Below, piece by piece: positions 1 through 9,032 of a stretch of 9,032 bases of DNA (position 1 is its first letter; every line of letters starts with the position of its first letter). The translations under genes and the position numbers were made by a program. The notes under the pieces were generated by a model that did not search any database, had not been told where the DNA came from, and was given only the letters and a program-made list of their open reading frames with translations. The DNA is from a virus (taxonomy: Monodnaviria; Loebvirae; Hofneiviricota; Faserviricetes; Tubulavirales; Inoviridae), in IMG/VR virus record IMGVR_UViG_2529293040_000001. One strand, written 5' to 3'.

Positions 1-2316
<2,316 letters not shown>

Positions 2317-2324
2317 TCACCCTC

Positions 2325-2615
<291 letters not shown>

Positions 2616-2629
2616 TCACCACCTGATTA

Positions 2630-4234
<1,605 letters not shown>

Positions 4235-4246
4235 AAACTCATTTCA

Positions 4247-4417
4247 TCACCAGTAAAAACTAAATGGTTTTACAATTCGACGGAAATCCTGATCGGCTTT
4301 TTCAAGAATAACTGAAACAACATATTCTTCAATGGTTGTATTTTTATTGTAAATAATTCTTTCTATCTGCTCGATAGTGTATTCTGGCAATTTAACTTTA
4401 AATTCTTGAGTAGACAT
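4247..4417 (-). CDS. Hypothetical small hydrophilic protein (56 aa), AT-rich
   Basis: ATG at 4417 preceded by a GAGG Shine-Dalgarno. Translation: MSTQEFKVKLPEYTIEQIERIIYNKNTTIEEYVVSVILEKADQDFRRIVKPFSFYW. The TGA stop at 4249-4247 lies 13 nt before the pIII start. It is below the 60-aa cutoff of the supplied ORF track and I have no similarity evidence for it. Confidence 0.35.
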   Translation of the reverse strand: MSTQEFKVKLPEYTIEQIERIIYNKNTTIEEYVVSVILEKADQDFRRIVKPFSFYW

Positions 4418-4509
4418 AAAACCTCACAAATTAGATTTAAAGCCAATGACGCAACATAACCCACAAAGGGAACCAAACATCATAAAAATAAAATCAAACA
4501 TAAATATCC

Positions 4510-4535
4510 AAAAAAAGGGCGGAATATCCGCCCTT
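4510..4535 (-). terminator. Rho-independent terminator downstream of the major coat gene
   Basis: On the minus strand, a GC stem (GGGCGG / CCGCCC, extendable to 9 bp) with a short loop is followed by a T7 run, 17 nt after the pVIII stop. Ff phages have a terminator at the same place after gVIII. Confidence 0.6.
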
Positions 4536-4551
4536 CCTCATAAAAAACAAC

Positions 4552-4800
4552 TCAGATACTTCTGATGGCTCCCCATACTTTACGAACGCCAGCAAAAGTC
4601 AGATAAACTGTAACTCCTGCAACACCGATAGAAAGAATAACAGCAGAAACAGAAGACATATCAATACTGTTAGTCAATGATGAAAAATCGACTGTACCAG
4701 CAAAAGACGGAGATACAGCAAGAGCAGAAGCAGCGGAAAAAGATAAAGCTGCAACTTTCTTATCAACACCCTTAAAAAAATTGGTCATTTTTGCAAACAT
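4552..4800 (-). CDS. Major coat protein (pVIII-like) precursor
   Basis: A strong AAGGAGA Shine-Dalgarno lies 7 nt before the ATG at 4800. The product has a signal peptide (MFAKMTNFFKGVDKKVAALSFSAASALAVSPSFA) followed by a roughly 48-aa mature segment with an acidic N-terminus, a hydrophobic core (VSAVILSIGVAGVTVYLTFAG) and a basic C-terminus (VRKVWGAIRSI). The supplied ORF begins at an upstream ATG (4827) that lacks a ribosome-binding site. Confidence 0.75.
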   Translation of the reverse strand: MFAKMTNFFKGVDKKVAALSFSAASALAVSPSFAGTVDFSSLTNSIDMSSVSAVILSIGVAGVTVYLTFAGVRKVWGAIRSI

Positions 4801-4840
4801 AATTAAAGTCTCCTTATTAAACTCCAAATTGTGGAAATAA

Positions 4841-4975
4841 TCATGCCAAGAAAAAACAAAATACTGGCAGTGAAAATCCCGTTAAAAACGCCGAGGAATA
4901 AATCCCCGACACATCAGGTATCCCCACGCAAATAGCATTAATTTGCGTGGAAACTGAATCCGAATTAACAGACAT
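4841..4975 (-). CDS. Hypothetical 44-aa protein with a hydrophobic C-terminal half (possible pVII/pIX-type minor coat protein)
   Basis: ATG at 4975, 4 nt after the pV-like stop codon. Translation: MSVNSDSVSTQINAICVGIPDVSGIYSSAFLTGFSLPVFCFFLA. It sits between the ssDNA-binding gene and pVIII, where gVII/gIX lie in Ff. The ribosome-binding site is weak and the call rests on position and hydrophobicity. Confidence 0.35.
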   Translation of the reverse strand: MSVNSDSVSTQINAICVGIPDVSGIYSSAFLTGFSLPVFCFFLA

Positions 4976-4979
4976 AAAA

Positions 4980-7356
<2,377 letters not shown>

Positions 7357-7407
7357 TAAAGGAATGTAGAGTCCCGACAGGATTAACAACATCAGCTCAG
7401 AAAAACC

Positions 7408-7548
7408 ATGCACGACATGATTCTGGATTTACTAATGAAATACCTGATTGCCGGTAGTCTGTTCGGCATGTTTTTGTTCAGCGTCATAACAATAGTGTTG
7501 CCAATCGTCCTGAGGGCACACAATAAAATCAACAGAAGCAACGACTGA
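7408..7548 (+). CDS. Hypothetical 46-aa single-pass membrane peptide
   Basis: ATG-initiated ORF MHDMILDLLMKYLIAGSLFGMFLFSVITIVLPIVLRAHNKINRSND with a roughly 22-residue hydrophobic core and a charged tail. It ends 10 nt before the dif-like hairpin. There is no clear Shine-Dalgarno, so it may not be coding. Confidence 0.3.
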   Translation: MHDMILDLLMKYLIAGSLFGMFLFSVITIVLPIVLRAHNKINRSND

Positions 7549-7557
7549 ATACACAAC

Positions 7558-7651
7558 AGTGCGCACAATGGCGTTATGTATAAAAAGGCCGCTGCGGTGG
7601 AAAGTATCGCAGCGGCCTTTTCAACATAACGCGTGTCACATTATGCGCACC
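7558..7651. other. dif-like XerC/XerD site pair in inverted orientation around a hairpin (candidate attP-derived prophage/chromosome junction)
   Basis: Minus strand 7651-7619 reads GGTGCGCATAA-TGTGACACGCG-TTATGTTGAAAA. The first 14 nt equal E. coli dif (GGTGCGCATAATGT). Plus strand 7558-7584 reads AGTGCGCACAA-TGGCG-TTATGTATAAA. Between them is a perfect 10-bp stem GGCCGCTGCG / CGCAGCGGCC (7587-7617) with an 11-nt loop. Confidence 0.6.
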
Positions 7652-7730
7652 AACATAAACCAAGGGAGAATCCAGTCGTTGGCGGTTCATGGATTGTTCT
7701 GCTCATTAACAACGACCAAAACCCCATATC

Positions 7731-9032
7731 TTACTTAATACCGTATTCTCGGCTTAACCGACCGTGCAACCTCAACACATTGGTTTCAACTGCCGTCACC
7801 ACGTTCTCCGGAAAATCTGTCGGTAATGAAGTCTTCACGTTATCCAGTGCTGCCGGAATCATTCTGGCAAAGTCACTCAGGATTTCATGCATCTGCACTT
7901 CCGGGAATTTCAGCACCTTTGCTGTCGCCAGAAAATGTCGCGGATAAATTTTATCGATTGCCGTTTTTTTGCCTTTGGATGCGTTAAGCCCCATTGCCAG
8001 TTTGAGATCGCTGATGTGTATTCCCGTACCGCCAAGGACCGGAAATGCCGAAATGATGTCATAAAATGGTGTGAGCCGATAACTGCCGCCAGCCTGAATA
8101 AATACGGAGAAGTTTTTTGCATGGCCATCCGTTGCGCCAATCAACCACTGGAAGACCTGAAACTTCATAAAATCATAGCGATCTTTCAGCGCCTCGCTGG
8201 AGCCCATCAAAAAAGCCATAATTTGCGCGATACCGGGGCCTCCATCTGATTCATATTTCACCGATGAAGGTAAACCGAATGTCTGGCACATATCCTCCTG
8301 TGGCAAGCGAAGTAAAACCGTTCGCTCAGTATTCCAACGCCTGTCAAAACGTTCGACCGCTAACGCGCGCACCCTTCCCGCTTTAATGATTTCTGCGTCC
8401 GGAACATTCAACCCGAGTTCTTTCGCCAGCAGCAAACAGTAATACTCATTATCAACGCTTTGGCTAAGATCGAGCGTCGCATTGGGCTGTCTGATTTCGC
8501 CAATCGGCAATTTGATAATGTGCGTCGTTGGCGTTATTCCCTTCGGAATGCACCAGTCATTGCCTATTCTGAGCAGCGCAGTCTTCTCCTGTGCGCCAGC
8601 AACCGAGATGCGAAAGTCATTTTCTTCTCTAATCATGCCTAACGGGATATCTGCTTTATAAGCCGTTAATACTTCTTCAAGTCTGGCTTCAGTAAGCTTT
8701 TCCCATGCCATTATCGGACACGTTACGGTTTCATCTTCGGGGATTAACGTCACGGCACCAACGCTGTCTCGCCCTATTTCTGACAATAAATCAAACGGTT
8801 GTCTGGATTTAGCATGATAACGTTTAACGATCCGGTCACGTACAATCGGGCTATCGGGTAACAGGTTATCGAAGAAGTTAAATACGGCATCAGAGGTGAT
8901 ATTCCCCCTCTGCAATGGCAGCGAAAGTGACAACGGTCTGGCATAACGGCTGGCTAACCACTCAGGTGCATACTTAAAGGTGTGCGCGCCGTTGGCTAAC
9001 TTCGTTAACTCGCCTACCCGCTGGTTGTTCAT
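7731..9032 (-). CDS. hipA: HipA serine/threonine kinase toxin of the HipBA toxin-antitoxin system (N-terminus cut by the window edge)
   Basis: The 433-aa translation (MNNQRVGELTKLANGAHTFKYAPEWLASRYARPLSLSLPLQRGNITSDAVFNFF...LRLHGRLSREYGIK) matches E. coli HipA as I remember it almost along its whole length. The window ends inside the gene, so the first few codons and hipB lie beyond 9032. Confidence 0.93.
   Translation of the reverse strand: MNNQRVGELTKLANGAHTFKYAPEWLASRYARPLSLSLPLQRGNITSDAVFNFFDNLLPDSPIVRDRIVKRYHAKSRQPFDLLSEIGRDSVGAVTLIPEDETVTCPIMAWEKLTEARLEEVLTAYKADIPLGMIREENDFRISVAGAQEKTALLRIGNDWCIPKGITPTTHIIKLPIGEIRQPNATLDLSQSVDNEYYCLLLAKELGLNVPDAEIIKAGRVRALAVERFDRRWNTERTVLLRLPQEDMCQTFGLPSSVKYESDGGPGIAQIMAFLMGSSEALKDRYDFMKFQVFQWLIGATDGHAKNFSVFIQAGGSYRLTPFYDIISAFPVLGGTGIHISDLKLAMGLNASKGKKTAIDKIYPRHFLATAKVLKFPEVQMHEILSDFARMIPAALDNVKTSLPTDFPENVVTAVETNVLRLHGRLSREYGIK

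Noticed and set aside
7633-8249. Plus-strand ORFs (104 and 120 aa) and a 76-aa minus-strand ORF within or next to hipA
   Set aside because: They are antisense or alternative-frame to the confidently recognised hipA.

Overview
Coordinates 1-7651 look like most of a filamentous (inovirus-type) prophage encoded on the minus strand, inserted next to the 3' end of the chromosomal toxin gene hipA (7731-9032, minus strand, cut by the window edge). The gene order is canonical for an inovirus when read from high to low coordinates: a plus-strand divergent regulator (6855-7136), then a 65-aa ORF, the replication initiator, a pV-like ssDNA-binding protein, a 44-aa hydrophobic ORF, the major coat protein pVIII, a terminator, a 56-aa AT-rich ORF, the pIII-like adsorption protein, a pVI-like protein, the pI/Zot-like assembly ATPase and the pIV secretin. 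The most interesting feature is the junction with hipA (7558-7651): two inverted dif-like half-site pairs flank a perfect 10-bp hairpin, and the arm nearest hipA is an exact E. coli dif XerC arm. This resembles the forked-hairpin attP of CTXphi-type phages that integrate at dif using host XerCD, with no phage integrase. Other points worth a second look are a frameshift splitting the pI/Zot gene at an A6 run, an 18-bp tandem-repeat array in the pIII linker, palindromic operator-like motifs in the divergent promoter, and several unassigned small ORFs. All calls come from reading the sequence and the supplied ORF translations; no database search was run. The left prophage end lies outside the window.
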